A stretch of DNA of 63,363 nucleotides, the filler included. It is 4 parts of 4 records of this genome, joined end to end, with 100 filler letters (N's around TTAATTAATTAA, not from the genome) between each part and the next. Parts side by side here need not be neighbours in the genome. Positions count along the whole stretch, not along the records: positions 46,730 to 63,363 come from DRR378314_406; 3 more parts are not named here. One strand, given 5' to 3'. The translations under genes and the position numbers were made by a program. Of the stretch, positions 46,814 through 57,957 are shown in pieces. Position 1 is the first letter of the stretch, and each line of letters starts with the position of its first letter. Below the pieces are notes generated by a model. It was not told the origin of the DNA. It ran no database searches and worked only from the letters and a program-made list of their open reading frames with translations.

Positions 46814-49252
46814 TCAAAGCTCGTCGCCGTCGCTGGAATCCAGATCGGTTTCGGTCAGGTCAACAGGTGTAGAACGCTTGGGTGACGCTGGATCGCGCGG
46901 CAGCGGATCGGGTTCTGGCTGTGGGTCGTCCTGCCCCTGCAGAACCTCTGCATTACGCAGCCAGATATCGCGCTGTGCAAATGGAATTTCGATTCCTTCT
47001 TCGACGAACCGGCGATTGATTTCGTGGTTCATGTCGGACTTGACTGACAAAACCCAGTTCACATCGCGTAGGATCGCTCGAATCTCGAAGTCCAGCGAAT
47101 CTGCCCCGAAACCCTGGAACACCACGCTGGGTGCCGGGTTGGCCAATACCATCGGATGTCCGTTCGCGATCTCACCCAATATGGTTTCGACTTTGCGGGT
47201 GTCGGTGCCGTACGCGACGCCCACTGGAACGATCACCCGGCCAATCGTGTTGCCACGGGTGTAGTTCGTCACCACACCGCTGATTAGATCCGAGTTCGGA
47301 ACAATTACGTCTGTCCTGTCAAAAGTTTCAATCCGCGTGGACCGGACCGAGATATCGCGCACATACCCCATCATGCCGTTCACATCGATCCAATCCCCTT
47401 TTGAGATCGGCCTTTCGACCAGCAGGATGATCCCTGAAACAAAGTTCGATACGATGGTTTGTAGACCGAAACCAATACCAACCGACAATGCACCCGCCAC
47501 GATTGCCAATGACGATAGGTCAAACCCGGCGATCATGATGGCGACCAGCGCTGCCAGGAAAATTCCGACATAGCCGGTTCCCGAAACGATGGCATTCTGC
47601 CCGCCGGGATCAATAGTAGTCTTGGGCAGTAACGAATTGCGCAGTCCGCTTTGCAGAAGGCGGGTCAACGTATATCCGATGGCAAAAACAGCGACAAAGG
47701 TCAGGAAATTGCTGGGTGAAATTCTGACACCGCCGATATCAAACCCCTGCAGCAGCCGCGACCACGCCTCAAGCAAGTCAGTTTCGCGTGCCCCCCAATA
47801 CAGTGCCAGTACCGGCAGAGACAAGATCGCCAGCGCGAATCCGACAAGAACCGAGAACAGTGAATCGCGCGCCGCCTCGCCCTGCCCTGATAGCCAGCCA
47901 TAGACCGTGCTGATAAAACGCTGAACGATCACAAGTGCCGCGATCAGGACAAGTGTCTTTACGGCAGGAAATACAATCGCCTCGGCGGCGTTGATATATC
48001 CAAAGGCCGCCAGGATAGGTGTCGCAATCCCGAGCATGAATAACGCGCGTCTCAGGAACTCGATCAGTTGGCTAAATCCTGCCGCGCGCCGGTTTGCCTC
48101 TTGATCTGCTGATGCTTGTTCAGGCTCGGTCTGCCTGACCTGACGTACCCGAAGCAGCAGCAGTGCAGTTACCACAATGACCGGAAATCCGACAACGGCA
48201 CGGGTCGCGTCCGAGATGTTCTCGATCTGCTCAAACAACAAAACCAGCTCATGCAGAATAAGCATGACTGCCAACAGATCGAGATAAACCCGCAATTCTC
48301 GGATTCTGCCGGCGGACAATCTCTTGAAGTTCTGAGAGGCGCCCATCAGATAGACCTGTCGGCCGATCCAATCAAAGTAGAATATAATCGCAGCCCAATA
48401 GGGAATGTTCTGGACCAACAGCGTGCCGCGCAGACCCAATACACCTGTCAGCACGACGGCCGAAACCAAGAGCACAACACCGAGCCACGGCAGCAGTATG
48501 CGCAGCAGCGAGACGACAAAAGTCCAGACGCCGCTACCGCGCCCGCCCAGTGACCGCAGATAAGCGCCACCTTTTTCTGACCAGCTGCGCCCGAACAGCA
48601 GTAAAACCACAGACATGGCCAACAGAACGACTATGCCGAGACCGCGTTCGCGAATCCGTTCGTGAACCACATCGGTACGCATGTTCTCGACCGTTTCGTT
48701 GATCAGGCTTCGTGTCGCTTCTTTGACATCAACCCAAGCCGGACCCCAATAAACAGGGTTGAACGGCGACGGCCCGCGTTTCAGCAACTCTCTCTTCTGG
48801 CGATCACGAATGATCCGATCAATTTCACTGATCAGCCCGTTGGCACGGCTGAACGCCTCTTCCGAGATGATACGCGGCACCCGCAGACTGTTAAGCTGAT
48901 CCTCAAGATGGGCGCGCAGCTTTGCGATGTCTTCAGGTTCGGTTTCCCCATCCGCCGGTTTCGCCCCCAGCGCCTTCAACTGGCTTTCCAGTGTCTGGAT
49001 ACGGTCCGTATTCGCGCTGCGCGCGTTATTAAAGTCTTCGCGGTACTCGTTTATTTCTGAACGCAAATTCTCCAACGCGGCATTCGATGCACGATTGGCC
49101 TGAATCACTGATTCCGCCCGATCCGCCGTGCTGATCCAATCCTGATAATATTCGCTTTGCCTGTCGGTAAGCTGGGCAGAGGCAACCCCACCCAACCCGA
49201 ACAGGCAGATAATCGTCAGAACCAGAAACAGGCGGACCTGTCGCAACATCAT
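46814..49252 (-). CDS. MscS/MscK-like mechanosensitive channel with extended N-terminus (DUF3772-type)
   Basis: Signal peptide, coiled coil, many TM segments, GALSVGIGFGLQ...NFVSGIILL.ERP; ATGA overlap with cysK. Confidence 0.92.
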   Translation of the reverse strand: MMLRQVRLFLVLTIICLFGLGGVASAQLTDRQSEYYQDWISTADRAESVIQANRASNAALENLRSEINEYREDFNNARSANTDRIQTLESQLKALGAKPADGETEPEDIAKLRAHLEDQLNSLRVPRIISEEAFSRANGLISEIDRIIRDRQKRELLKRGPSPFNPVYWGPAWVDVKEATRSLINETVENMRTDVVHERIRERGLGIVVLLAMSVVLLLFGRSWSEKGGAYLRSLGGRGSGVWTFVVSLLRILLPWLGVVLLVSAVVLTGVLGLRGTLLVQNIPYWAAIIFYFDWIGRQVYLMGASQNFKRLSAGRIRELRVYLDLLAVMLILHELVLLFEQIENISDATRAVVGFPVIVVTALLLLRVRQVRQTEPEQASADQEANRRAAGFSQLIEFLRRALFMLGIATPILAAFGYINAAEAIVFPAVKTLVLIAALVIVQRFISTVYGWLSGQGEAARDSLFSVLVGFALAILSLPVLALYWGARETDLLEAWSRLLQGFDIGGVRISPSNFLTFVAVFAIGYTLTRLLQSGLRNSLLPKTTIDPGGQNAIVSGTGYVGIFLAALVAIMIAGFDLSSLAIVAGALSVGIGFGLQTIVSNFVSGIILLVERPISKGDWIDVNGMMGYVRDISVRSTRIETFDRTDVIVPNSDLISGVVTNYTRGNTIGRVIVPVGVAYGTDTRKVETILGEIANGHPMVLANPAPSVVFQGFGADSLDFEIRAILRDVNWVLSVKSDMNHEINRRFVEEGIEIPFAQRDIWLRNAEVLQGQDDPQPEPDPLPRDPASPKRSTPVDLTETDLDSSDGDEL

Positions 49253-50283
49253 ACGTCCTCGAACACGCCGGGAATGCTGCGTGGCACGTCGGTCATCCAA
49301 TCTGGAACTGGCAGTTCCTTTTCGCGCAGGAATTCGGGGTTGAACAGTTTGGACTGGTAGCGCGTGCCGTAGTCACACAAAACAGTTACGATAGTGTGCC
49401 CCGGCCCTAATTCTTTTGCCAGCCGCACCGCACCGGCGATGTTGATGGCGGTAGATCCCCCCATCACCAAGCCTTCTTCGCGAAGCAGATCAAAGATATA
49501 GGGCAACGCCTCATTGTCGGTGATCTGCCAGGAATGATCGGGGGTGAACCCTTCCAGGTTCTTCGTTATCCGCACCTGTCCGATGCCTTCGGCGATGGAA
49601 CCGCCCTCCATCGCGATCTCACCCGTGGTGTAATAGGAATAAAGGCCCGCGCCCATCGGATCAGCCAATCCAATTTTGACGCCTTTGGGCTGTAAAACCT
49701 CAGCGACACCCGCGAGGGTCCCGCCTGAACCGACCGCGCTGACGAAGCCATCAACTTTACCACCGGTTTGACCCCAGATTTCGGGCCCAGTGGTTTCCAC
49801 ATGCGCCTGCCGATTGGCGACATTGTCGAACTGGTTCGCCCAGATGGCCCCGTTGGGCTCGGTCTGGGCAAGTTCCTCAGCCAAGCGGCGGGAATAGTGC
49901 ACAAAGTTGTTTGGATTGCGGTAAGGCGCTGCGGGCACCTGTACAAGCTGAGCCCCGGCAAGGCGGAGCATATCCTTCTTTTCTTCCGATTGGGTCTCGG
50001 GAATGACGATCACGGTCTTGAACCCCATTGAGGCCCCGACCAATGCCAGACCAATGCCAGTATTGCCTGCCGTACCCTCGACAATTGTGCCGCCGGGCTT
50101 CAAATCACCACGTGCGATCGCGTCGCGGATAATGAACAACGCCGCACGGTCTTTGACGGATTGGCCCGGATTCATGAATTCGGCCTTACCGAGGATCTCA
50201 CAGCCTGTTTCTTCGCTGACGCGACGCAACCGGATCAAAGGTGTTTTACCGACCGCGTCGGCAAGGTCTTTCGCAATGCGCAT
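49249..50283 (-). CDS. cysK: Cysteine synthase A
   Basis: KAEFMNPGQSVKDR, EGTAGNTG, GSGGT. Confidence 0.93.
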   Translation of the reverse strand: MRIAKDLADAVGKTPLIRLRRVSEETGCEILGKAEFMNPGQSVKDRAALFIIRDAIARGDLKPGGTIVEGTAGNTGIGLALVGASMGFKTVIVIPETQSEEKKDMLRLAGAQLVQVPAAPYRNPNNFVHYSRRLAEELAQTEPNGAIWANQFDNVANRQAHVETTGPEIWGQTGGKVDGFVSAVGSGGTLAGVAEVLQPKGVKIGLADPMGAGLYSYYTTGEIAMEGGSIAEGIGQVRITKNLEGFTPDHSWQITDNEALPYIFDLLREEGLVMGGSTAINIAGAVRLAKELGPGHTIVTVLCDYGTRYQSKLFNPEFLREKELPVPDWMTDVPRSIPGVFEDV

Positions 50284-50352
50284 GGCGTCCTCTTGTCATA
50301 TGGTGTTGCAGCAGATTTACAGATGCCAAGACTTGATCACAAGCCGGGATAG

Positions 50353-51468
50353 TCAGGCGCGCAGGCGTTCACGGTTTCGCGCCAGCCAATGGGCGAGTGT
50401 CAGAAGCGGCAAATCCTTGAAAACATGGCCATCTACCATGTGCATAAATTCATCAAACGGTAGAATTTTGCTCCGAATATCTTCTCCTTCCGAGGCGACG
50501 CCGCTACTTTCTACAGTCGCTGTCAGATCACCCAGGCCAATATAGAGGTAGACATATTCAGTCGACGATCCACTGGATGAATAGGCGCCGCCTGCATATT
50601 CCAGCTGTGTCAGAGAAATCTGTGTCTCTTCCATGGTTTCCCGATGGGCGGCTTGTTCAGGTGTTTCGCCGGGATCGATCATGCCAGCTACGGGTTCCCA
50701 CATCCACGGTTCAGGATCGTCGATCAAGAATACAGGCGCCCGAAACTGCTCAACCAGCAACACCGTATCGCGGACCGGATCGTAAGGCAGGACAACCACT
50801 GCAGCCCCTTGCATCATCCCACTGCGATGCAACACCGGCCCCATTTCGCCATTATGCAATCGATGCTGCAGTTCAATTTCATCCATCGCGAAATAGTTGA
50901 TGTAGGCGTGCCTGCGATCATGGACCACAACATCACGTGCGATGTTCCGGGCATCCCCGGTTTCGCGTCGACGTGCGGCCAATCTGGCCCACGCGCGTGT
51001 ACGAATGGCAGGAAAGCTGCGGGCAATTGCCGAGGCCTCGACACGCCCAAAATGGGCCATGACATCCGTTGCCGCCAGCATGGACATTGCGCCCCAATCG
51101 CGGGTCCAGGTCGAAAAGTTCCAATATGAATCCGTCTTCCATGAGACCGAAGCGGGAAAAAACACCAGTGCCTGATGCGTTTCACCATCGCCGGTTACGA
51201 CGGTCTGCAAGCGTAGGTCATATTCGAAGCCACCTTCATAAAAGGCCAATCTGGCGCGCTCGTCTTCGCCCAAGCCCTGCACCAGCACACCTTCTGCCGA
51301 TGCGCCCTGTTCAGCGACAATCATTGGAAAAGGCTGATCCTGAACAGAATACACCGCGTGATCGGATAGAATTGCCGGCGTCGCCGACAAATCTCCCGCG
51401 CTGCGCCCCATGACAAGCTCAAGCAAGGGCACATGGCGCAAAGTGCCATAGAAAAACAGGTTAGACAA
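50353..51468 (-). CDS. trgB: GGCT-like plus NUDIX (ADP-ribose pyrophosphatase) fusion, TrgB
   Basis: LFFYGTL N-domain; Nudix box GMIDPGETPEQAAHRETMEET; lies between trgA and cysK. Confidence 0.82.
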   Translation of the reverse strand: MSNLFFYGTLRHVPLLELVMGRSAGDLSATPAILSDHAVYSVQDQPFPMIVAEQGASAEGVLVQGLGEDERARLAFYEGGFEYDLRLQTVVTGDGETHQALVFFPASVSWKTDSYWNFSTWTRDWGAMSMLAATDVMAHFGRVEASAIARSFPAIRTRAWARLAARRRETGDARNIARDVVVHDRRHAYINYFAMDEIELQHRLHNGEMGPVLHRSGMMQGAAVVVLPYDPVRDTVLLVEQFRAPVFLIDDPEPWMWEPVAGMIDPGETPEQAAHRETMEETQISLTQLEYAGGAYSSSGSSTEYVYLYIGLGDLTATVESSGVASEGEDIRSKILPFDEFMHMVDGHVFKDLPLLTLAHWLARNRERLRA

Positions 51469-51497
51469 AGCAGGAGCCCCGGTTTGGAAATTCTGAC

Positions 51498-51938
51498 TTA
51501 ACGCCAGCGCCGAAAGGCGATTTCGGTAAGTAAGCCACTGATGACCGCACCAATACCCAGCGTAATCAGAATCTCAGTGGGTAACAGTTGTTCACCATAG
51601 GTTACCCCAAGCGTAAAGATTTCCAGCAATGCTTCAAACGGCCCGCCAAACCGATGACGCATCGCTTGGCTGAACATCTCGTAAGTACCTTGCACAAACA
51701 AGCCCCAGAACACCAATGCCGCTACCCCGGTCAGGCCATTGTTAACAGCGGCGGTCCATCCGCGACCGGCGCGTTTACCCATGATGACCCAGCCGCAGAC
51801 TATCCCCAGCATCATATTCACATAGGTGAAGTAGCCGTAACTTTTACCCTCTTCCCCGTTGTCAATAATCATGCTTGAAACAAGGAACGCTATTACCAGC
51901 AGACACAACGCGGCGACGAGACGTGAGGCTGTAGGCAT
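51498..51938 (-). CDS. trgA: TrgA family membrane protein
   Basis: MPTASRLVAA, GWVIMGKRAG, four TM segments; Rhodobacteraceae trgA-trgB-cysK order. Confidence 0.8.
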   Translation of the reverse strand: MPTASRLVAALCLLVIAFLVSSMIIDNGEEGKSYGYFTYVNMMLGIVCGWVIMGKRAGRGWTAAVNNGLTGVAALVFWGLFVQGTYEMFSQAMRHRFGGPFEALLEIFTLGVTYGEQLLPTEILITLGIGAVISGLLTEIAFRRWR

Positions 51939-51954
51939 TCGTACTATCCGTTCT

Positions 51955-53163
51955 TCAACTTGGTTTGGCTATTGTGATCTGTGTCACATCACAATTACCG
52001 GTGTCAAAGGCCGCGCCACATGCGGTCAAATAATAATTCCACATGCGGCGAAAACGCTCATCAAAACCCAACTCTGAAATCTGATCCCATTTGGCGTTGA
52101 AGGTCTCGTACCAGCGGCGCAGGGTCAAATCATAGCTTTTGCCAAATTCCTTTGAGCGCACAACCGTGAGCCCGGCCTGACCGATCTGTTCTTTCAGGAC
52201 TGTCGGTGCCGGTAGCATCCCGCCGGGGAATATATATTTCTGAATGAAATCAACGCCGTTTTTGTAAATCTCCCAGCGATGATCCGCGACTGTAATGATT
52301 TGCAACGTCGCTTGCGCACCAGGCTTCAGGCGGTCACGTACCGTATCGAAATAAGCGGGCCAGTATTTCTGGCCGACCGCTTCAAACATCTCGATTGAAG
52401 CAATACCATCATACTGCCCTTGTTCGTCGCGATAGTCCTGCAGCTTGAAGTCAACAAGATCAGAAAGCCCTGCCTTTTCAATACGCTCTTTAGCGAACTT
52501 CAACTGTTCCTGACTAATGGTCAGCCCGGTTACACGCAACCCGCGCTCTTTTGCGGCATATTCGGCAAACCCGCCCCAGCCGCACCCGATTTCGAGTATG
52601 TGATCCCCCGGCTTAGCCCCCATTTCATCCACCAAACTGGCATATTTTGCGGTCTGCGCGTTTTCCAGGCTTTCCTGCCCTGTCTCAAATATGGCGCTGG
52701 AGTAAGTCATCGTATCATCCAGCCAAATACCGTAGAAATCGTTGCCGAGATCGTAGTGATAGGAAATATTCTTCTTGGCCTGAGTCCGGTTATTGCGATG
52801 CAGCCAGAACCTTAATCTTTCATAGGCGCGAACCAGAAACTGCCCGGTAAAATCATCGTAGACCGTTTCTGTTCCCAGGTGCACAAGATCCATGAAGCTG
52901 CGCAAGTCAGGTGTACTCCAGTCCCCCTCTAGATATCCGTCGGAAAACCCCAACTCTCCTTCACGCACCAGTCTGGCAAAGACGTCGGGATCGTGGATGT
53001 CCACATGTGCGACTGGACCGGGCTTGGGCGCGTCTGCTCGGAATACGCGGCCATCAGGCAAGGCGATATCAAGCCTGCCGCTCTCCATTCGGTTCAGCAT
53101 CTTGAAGACTTGTACAAAGTATCTTGGCAGGTCCTCCTGCCCTTCGGTGCTCGTCAGGAACAT
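51955..53163 (-). CDS. Cyclopropane-fatty-acyl synthase family SAM methyltransferase (CfaS/UfaM-like)
   Basis: HYDLGNDFY, MTYSSA, LEIGCGWG, SIEMFEAVG, YIFPGG; likely start MFLTST. Confidence 0.9.
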   Translation of the reverse strand: MFLTSTEGQEDLPRYFVQVFKMLNRMESGRLDIALPDGRVFRADAPKPGPVAHVDIHDPDVFARLVREGELGFSDGYLEGDWSTPDLRSFMDLVHLGTETVYDDFTGQFLVRAYERLRFWLHRNNRTQAKKNISYHYDLGNDFYGIWLDDTMTYSSAIFETGQESLENAQTAKYASLVDEMGAKPGDHILEIGCGWGGFAEYAAKERGLRVTGLTISQEQLKFAKERIEKAGLSDLVDFKLQDYRDEQGQYDGIASIEMFEAVGQKYWPAYFDTVRDRLKPGAQATLQIITVADHRWEIYKNGVDFIQKYIFPGGMLPAPTVLKEQIGQAGLTVVRSKEFGKSYDLTLRRWYETFNAKWDQISELGFDERFRRMWNYYLTACGAAFDTGNCDVTQITIAKPS

Positions 53164-53224
53164 CCGCTCTCCCTTCTGCGGTTGCGGAACAAGGCTAGGA
53201 CGGGATTCGGTTTCTGGCAAGTTT

Positions 53225-54658
53225 TCAGTTCCTTACTGGGTCTTTTTGGGTTTCATAGGCGCCCAGTGCCCGGGCGCGACCTTCTTTCAGCCCCACCACT
53301 GGCGCCGGATACGTGTCTTCGTGGGAAAGCCCCCATGATCGTGGCACAGCATCGAAAAACGCGCGCGCAGTGGCCGAAGGATTTGACCGCCCCTCTGCGA
53401 TCCAGCGGTGCAGATAGTCCGAGTTTGGGTCAAACCGCTCTTGCTGTGTCTGCGGGTTGAAAACACGGAAATACGGCGCAGCGTCGGGCCCAGATCCCGC
53501 CACCCATTGCCATCCCATCGCATTTGCCGCTGGATCCCAGTCAATCAGGCAATCCGCGAACCAATCCGCGCCGATTTTCCAGTGTGTCATCAGGTGTTTG
53601 GTGAGGTAACTTGCGACCACCATTCGTGCCCGGTTATGCATACGTCCGGTCACGTACATTTGCCTTAGTCCCGCATCGACCAGCGGTATTCCGGTTTTTG
53701 CCTGATGCCAGGCGCGTATCTCGGGCCTATTGGGATCGGTGTGCCAAGGGAACGCATCCCATTCGGGTTTCCAGTTATCGGTCAGAAGATGCGGCCAATG
53801 GTACATCAGATGATAGGCAAACTCTCGCCACACGAGCTGACGTAGAAAGGCCTCGCCCCCGCGCGAACCTGTAAGATCTGCGTTTCGTACCCGGTGCCAG
53901 ACTGTTCGCGGCCCTATTTCGCCGAGTGAGAGGTATTCTGACAGATCCGAGGTTCCGGTCGCATCCAGCCGATCCCGCTGTACGGGATATTGATCGATAC
54001 GGTCCAAAAACGCATCCAACTGATCCAAAGCTGCGGCTTCCCCGGGGCGGACATACGGGCGGATGATCGTTGCCCCACGCCGCATGTCCTGATCCAGATG
54101 CAAATCCGACAGACGATCAGACACAGGCCAAATATCTGGTGTCGCAATTTGCGCTGCGGTGGGTTCGGGCAACGAAACGTCACGCCCGTGCACCGACCTC
54201 CACATCGGCGTGAACACCCGAAAGGGTTGACCAGCTTTGGTCGCAATGGTCCAGGGTTCAAACAGAAGATGACCAGGAAAAGACCGGACCTCGACGCCCT
54301 GTGCGATCAATGTGGACTTGATCTGCTTGTCTCTGGTGATCGCCTTCGGATCATAGGCCCGCGACCAGAAAACAGCGCCTGCGCCGGTTTCCTTTATCAA
54401 ATCACCAATCACATTCAGCGCGTTCCCCTGGCGCAGGATCAATTTGCCACCAATCTGTTCAAGGCTTTGGGCAAACGCCTCAAGGCCCAAGCCAAGGCGC
54501 CATTTCGATGCCGCGCCCAGTGCGTGAACCTGATCATCCAGAATGAACACAGGCACTATGGGACGGCGCGACTGCACCGCCGCACTAAGCGCGGGATGAT
54601 CACTTAGCCGCAGATCGCGCCTGAACCATAGAATGATCGGAGAGTGCTCGGTTTCCAT
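53225..54658 (-). CDS. phrB: Deoxyribodipyrimidine photolyase/cryptochrome family protein
   Basis: WFRRDLRLSDHPAL, WREF, TGIPLVDAG, MHNRARM, DAAPYFRVFNP. Confidence 0.9.
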   Translation of the reverse strand: METEHSPIILWFRRDLRLSDHPALSAAVQSRRPIVPVFILDDQVHALGAASKWRLGLGLEAFAQSLEQIGGKLILRQGNALNVIGDLIKETGAGAVFWSRAYDPKAITRDKQIKSTLIAQGVEVRSFPGHLLFEPWTIATKAGQPFRVFTPMWRSVHGRDVSLPEPTAAQIATPDIWPVSDRLSDLHLDQDMRRGATIIRPYVRPGEAAALDQLDAFLDRIDQYPVQRDRLDATGTSDLSEYLSLGEIGPRTVWHRVRNADLTGSRGGEAFLRQLVWREFAYHLMYHWPHLLTDNWKPEWDAFPWHTDPNRPEIRAWHQAKTGIPLVDAGLRQMYVTGRMHNRARMVVASYLTKHLMTHWKIGADWFADCLIDWDPAANAMGWQWVAGSGPDAAPYFRVFNPQTQQERFDPNSDYLHRWIAEGRSNPSATARAFFDAVPRSWGLSHEDTYPAPVVGLKEGRARALGAYETQKDPVRN

Positions 54659-54680
54659 GTCCGCCCTTGTTTTCTTCGGT

Positions 54681-54706
54681 TACGAAGCAGCGCGGAAACT
54701 GGATCA
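54681..54706 (-). promoter_or_regulatory. RpoE (ECF11, singlet-oxygen response) promoter
   Basis: TGATCC-N16-CGTA directly upstream of the photolyase. Confidence 0.75.
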
Positions 54707-55930
54707 CAAAACGCGGTCAAGCGCCTCCAAAAGCTGATCAATTTCCTGTTGGCTTGTGTAATGCGTAAAGCTGAGGCGCAGCACGCCCTGATCGGGATCG
54801 ACACCCATCGCCTGCAGTGGACGATGCGCATAAAAATCACCGCCGCCTGCCATGATCCCATACTTGGCGAGTTCAGCTGCAACAGGCTCTGCTTCCCTAT
54901 TCAGGGCCAGCGCAACCGTGGGTGCGCGTCGGGCAGCATCGGATGGGCCGATCAGGCGCAACGTATTGCGGTCTTTCACCGCGTCCAGCAGGGGTTGCAA
55001 TAACGCAACCTCGTGTTCACGCATAAGATCATGGACAAAGCCACCACGCGCCGACGCACCGGCCTCGGGCCCGCCGTGATGATCGCACAGCAGTTCCAAA
55101 TAATCGGCCATGCCTGCGCTGGCCGCGATTTGCGCATGATCTGGCCCTGCCGGCGTGAACCGCTTGTAAAGCACTCCTGCGTTGAAGTGGTGCGCTTGGT
55201 TGGGAAGCATCTCACCCAGTGCGCGCCGAATGATCATGCAGCCCTGATGCGGGCCATAGGTCTTGTAGGCTGAAAACAGATAAATATCCGGCCCCAGGTC
55301 TCCTACATTGGGCAGCCCGTGCGGCGCATAAGATACGCCATCAACGCAAACAAACGCACCAGCGGAATGAGCAATCGCGGTAATCTCGGTAACAGGGTTA
55401 ATTTCGCCAACAACATTTGAACAATGCGGAAAGCAAACAAGGCGTACATTCTCATCAAGGAGATTCTCCAAATCCAGCATGCTCAATGATCCGCTATCCG
55501 GGTCTATTTGCCATTCACGGATCTCAATCCCGTCATCGGCCAACCGCCGCCAAGGTCCGGAATTGGCCTCGTGGTCCTGATTGGTCACGATGATCGCATC
55601 ACCCGGCTTCATCCACTGTCGGAAAGCTTGTGCAAGAACATAGGTATTCTGCGTCGTTGAAGGTCCAAAGCTCAGCTCGTCCGAATCCACCCCCATTATC
55701 GCGGCCAAACGCATGCGGGCTTCGTCCATTTCTTCGCCACCTAAACGGCTGGCGTCATAAGGCGCGTATGGTTGAACTTTGCGTTGTGTGTAGAACCGGC
55801 TCAACCGGTCAATCACAGGTCTGCAGGTATACGATCCTCCGGCATTCTCAAAAAAGGCCTGCCCTTTGAGGCTGGGTTCTGCAAAGGCCGGGAACTGTGC
55901 CCGAACAAAATCTATATCAAGGGTGCCCAT
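54704..55930 (-). CDS. Class V PLP-dependent aminotransferase/cysteine desulfurase-like protein
   Basis: VRAQFP, FFENAGGS, DHEAN, DGVSYAPH, SAYKTYGPH. Confidence 0.88.
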   Translation of the reverse strand: MGTLDIDFVRAQFPAFAEPSLKGQAFFENAGGSYTCRPVIDRLSRFYTQRKVQPYAPYDASRLGGEEMDEARMRLAAIMGVDSDELSFGPSTTQNTYVLAQAFRQWMKPGDAIIVTNQDHEANSGPWRRLADDGIEIREWQIDPDSGSLSMLDLENLLDENVRLVCFPHCSNVVGEINPVTEITAIAHSAGAFVCVDGVSYAPHGLPNVGDLGPDIYLFSAYKTYGPHQGCMIIRRALGEMLPNQAHHFNAGVLYKRFTPAGPDHAQIAASAGMADYLELLCDHHGGPEAGASARGGFVHDLMREHEVALLQPLLDAVKDRNTLRLIGPSDAARRAPTVALALNREAEPVAAELAKYGIMAGGGDFYAHRPLQAMGVDPDQGVLRLSFTHYTSQQEIDQLLEALDRVL

Positions 55931-56207
55931 TCCACGTCTCTCCCTTTCCATGCGCCAAATTTAAGGATTTTGCCCGCGCATGATCCGGACAACTCCGAAA
56001 ACAAGGCAGGTCTTCCAGCCCAGCCGCTATCCATTATCCTCTCAGGATCGGCGACAGCCCTTCCGATGATTTCGTGCACATTGAAGGACGCCGCCAGATA
56101 GCCAGACGTGATTGGCCGGGTCAAGCGACTGTCTTTGCGTTATCTTTGGACGGCAGGTGAAAAAAGCGGGGCATTGACGCCCGGCCGTAATCTCAGCGAA
56201 GTGGGAC

Positions 56208-56960
56208 TTAGCCCTGAACCATGGTATAGGTCCCCTCGCCCGCCAGAATGCCCCGGAATCCGCCAGGCTCATCCAGGCCGAACACGATCAGCGGCAGATT
56301 GTTGTCGCGGGCCAACGCAATGGCCGAAGCATCCATAACCCGCAGCCGTTTGGCAAGCACGTCGTCATAAGAGACGTTGTCGTAGCGTACCGCATCAGCA
56401 TGGATTTTCGGATCCTTGTCATACACGCCATCAACACCGTTCTTACCCATAAAGATCGCCTGACACGCCATCTCATTGGCGCGCAATGTGGCGGCGGTGT
56501 CGGTGGTGAAATAGGGATTTCCGGTTCCGGCTGCAAAAATGCAGACCCGCTTTTTCTCTAGGTGACGCACGGCGCGACGGCGAATATACGGCTCGCAGAC
56601 CTCATCCATCCGAATGGCAGAGATGACACGAGTGAAGACCCCAACCTCTTCGAGCGCCGACTGCATTCCCAGCGCGTTCATCACCGTGGCTAGCATGCCC
56701 ATGTAATCTGCAGTCGTGCGCTCCATCCCCTGTGCCGAGCCGGACAGCCCTCGGAAAATATTGCCACCGCCGATGACCATACAGATCTCAACACCCAGAT
56801 CGTGAACTGACTTAACCTCTTGTGCGATGCGCTGAACAGTCGGCGGATGCAGGCCGAATCCCTGATCCCCCATCAGCGCCTCCCCCGAAATCTTCAACAT
56901 GACGCGTTTATATGTTGTTTTTGGGGTTTCGGTGGTCTCGACAGTTGGGGAAAGGCTCAT
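56208..56960 (-). CDS. pyrH: UMP kinase
   Basis: [36 protein letters not shown]. Confidence 0.97.
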   Translation of the reverse strand: MSLSPTVETTETPKTTYKRVMLKISGEALMGDQGFGLHPPTVQRIAQEVKSVHDLGVEICMVIGGGNIFRGLSGSAQGMERTTADYMGMLATVMNALGMQSALEEVGVFTRVISAIRMDEVCEPYIRRRAVRHLEKKRVCIFAAGTGNPYFTTDTAATLRANEMACQAIFMGKNGVDGVYDKDPKIHADAVRYDNVSYDDVLAKRLRVMDASAIALARDNNLPLIVFGLDEPGGFRGILAGEGTYTMVQG

Positions 56961-57057
56961 GTTGCGCTCCGGGCTGGCACGGGGTTATTTTCCGGCGCAA
57001 AATGAAGCAAAACCTCTGCAGGTTCAATGCGGATAGTCAGGAATAAGGCAACCAGTG

Positions 57058-57957
57058 ATGGCCGATAACACCGCGAACCGGCTTTTGAGGCACTTGCCTC
57101 CGATTCCTGACGACAAACCGGTGTTGATTGCCGGGCCCACCGCTTCCGGCAAATCGGCGCTCGCGCTGTTGATTGCAGAACACTGTGGTGGAGTGATCGT
57201 CAATGCGGACGCCAGCCAGATTTACGATTGCTGGCGCATAATCTCGGCCCGCCCCTCGATCGAGGAGGAAGCCCGCGCACCGCACCTTCTTTATGGGCAC
57301 GTCGCGTATGATCAGACATATTCCACCGGGCATTGGCTGCGTGAGGTCACACCTCTGCTTACACAGAAACAGCGGCCCATCATCGTGGGGGGAACCGGGC
57401 TTTACTTCACCGCGCTGACCGAAGGGATGGCCGAGATACCGGCAACACCACCCGATATCAGGGCCAAGGCGGATAAAATGCAATTGCAGGAACTGATCGA
57501 CGGTCTTGATCTACAGACCCTGCAGCGGATCGACGTTCAAAATCGCGCACGCGTTCAGCGCGCTTGGGAGGTTCAGAACGCCACCGGACGCTCACTGGCA
57601 GATTGGCAGGCCGCGACACCTGCCCCGATTTTGGACATTAAGAATACAGTTCCAATCGTATTTGATGCAGAAAAAGACTGGCTGCTGGATCGTATCAATC
57701 GCCGTTTCGATCAGATGCTAGATCAAGGCGCGATGGACGAAGTAGCCGCCATGCAGAAGCGTTTTGATCCCTCTCTGCCCTCTTGCAAGGCCATTGGTGC
57801 ACCAGAACTGATGGCGTGTCTTGAGGGGCGTATGGCATTGGACGAAGCAAGAGAGCGCGCAACGATTGCAACACGTCAGTTTGCCAAGCGTCAACGAACG
57901 TGGTTCCGCGCACGCATGAAAGCCTGGCACCGTATTGACGCCGCTTCTTGCGTCTAG
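57058..57957 (+). CDS. miaA: tRNA dimethylallyltransferase
   Basis: [34 protein letters not shown]. Confidence 0.96.
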   Translation: MADNTANRLLRHLPPIPDDKPVLIAGPTASGKSALALLIAEHCGGVIVNADASQIYDCWRIISARPSIEEEARAPHLLYGHVAYDQTYSTGHWLREVTPLLTQKQRPIIVGGTGLYFTALTEGMAEIPATPPDIRAKADKMQLQELIDGLDLQTLQRIDVQNRARVQRAWEVQNATGRSLADWQAATPAPILDIKNTVPIVFDAEKDWLLDRINRRFDQMLDQGAMDEVAAMQKRFDPSLPSCKAIGAPELMACLEGRMALDEARERATIATRQFAKRQRTWFRARMKAWHRIDAASCV

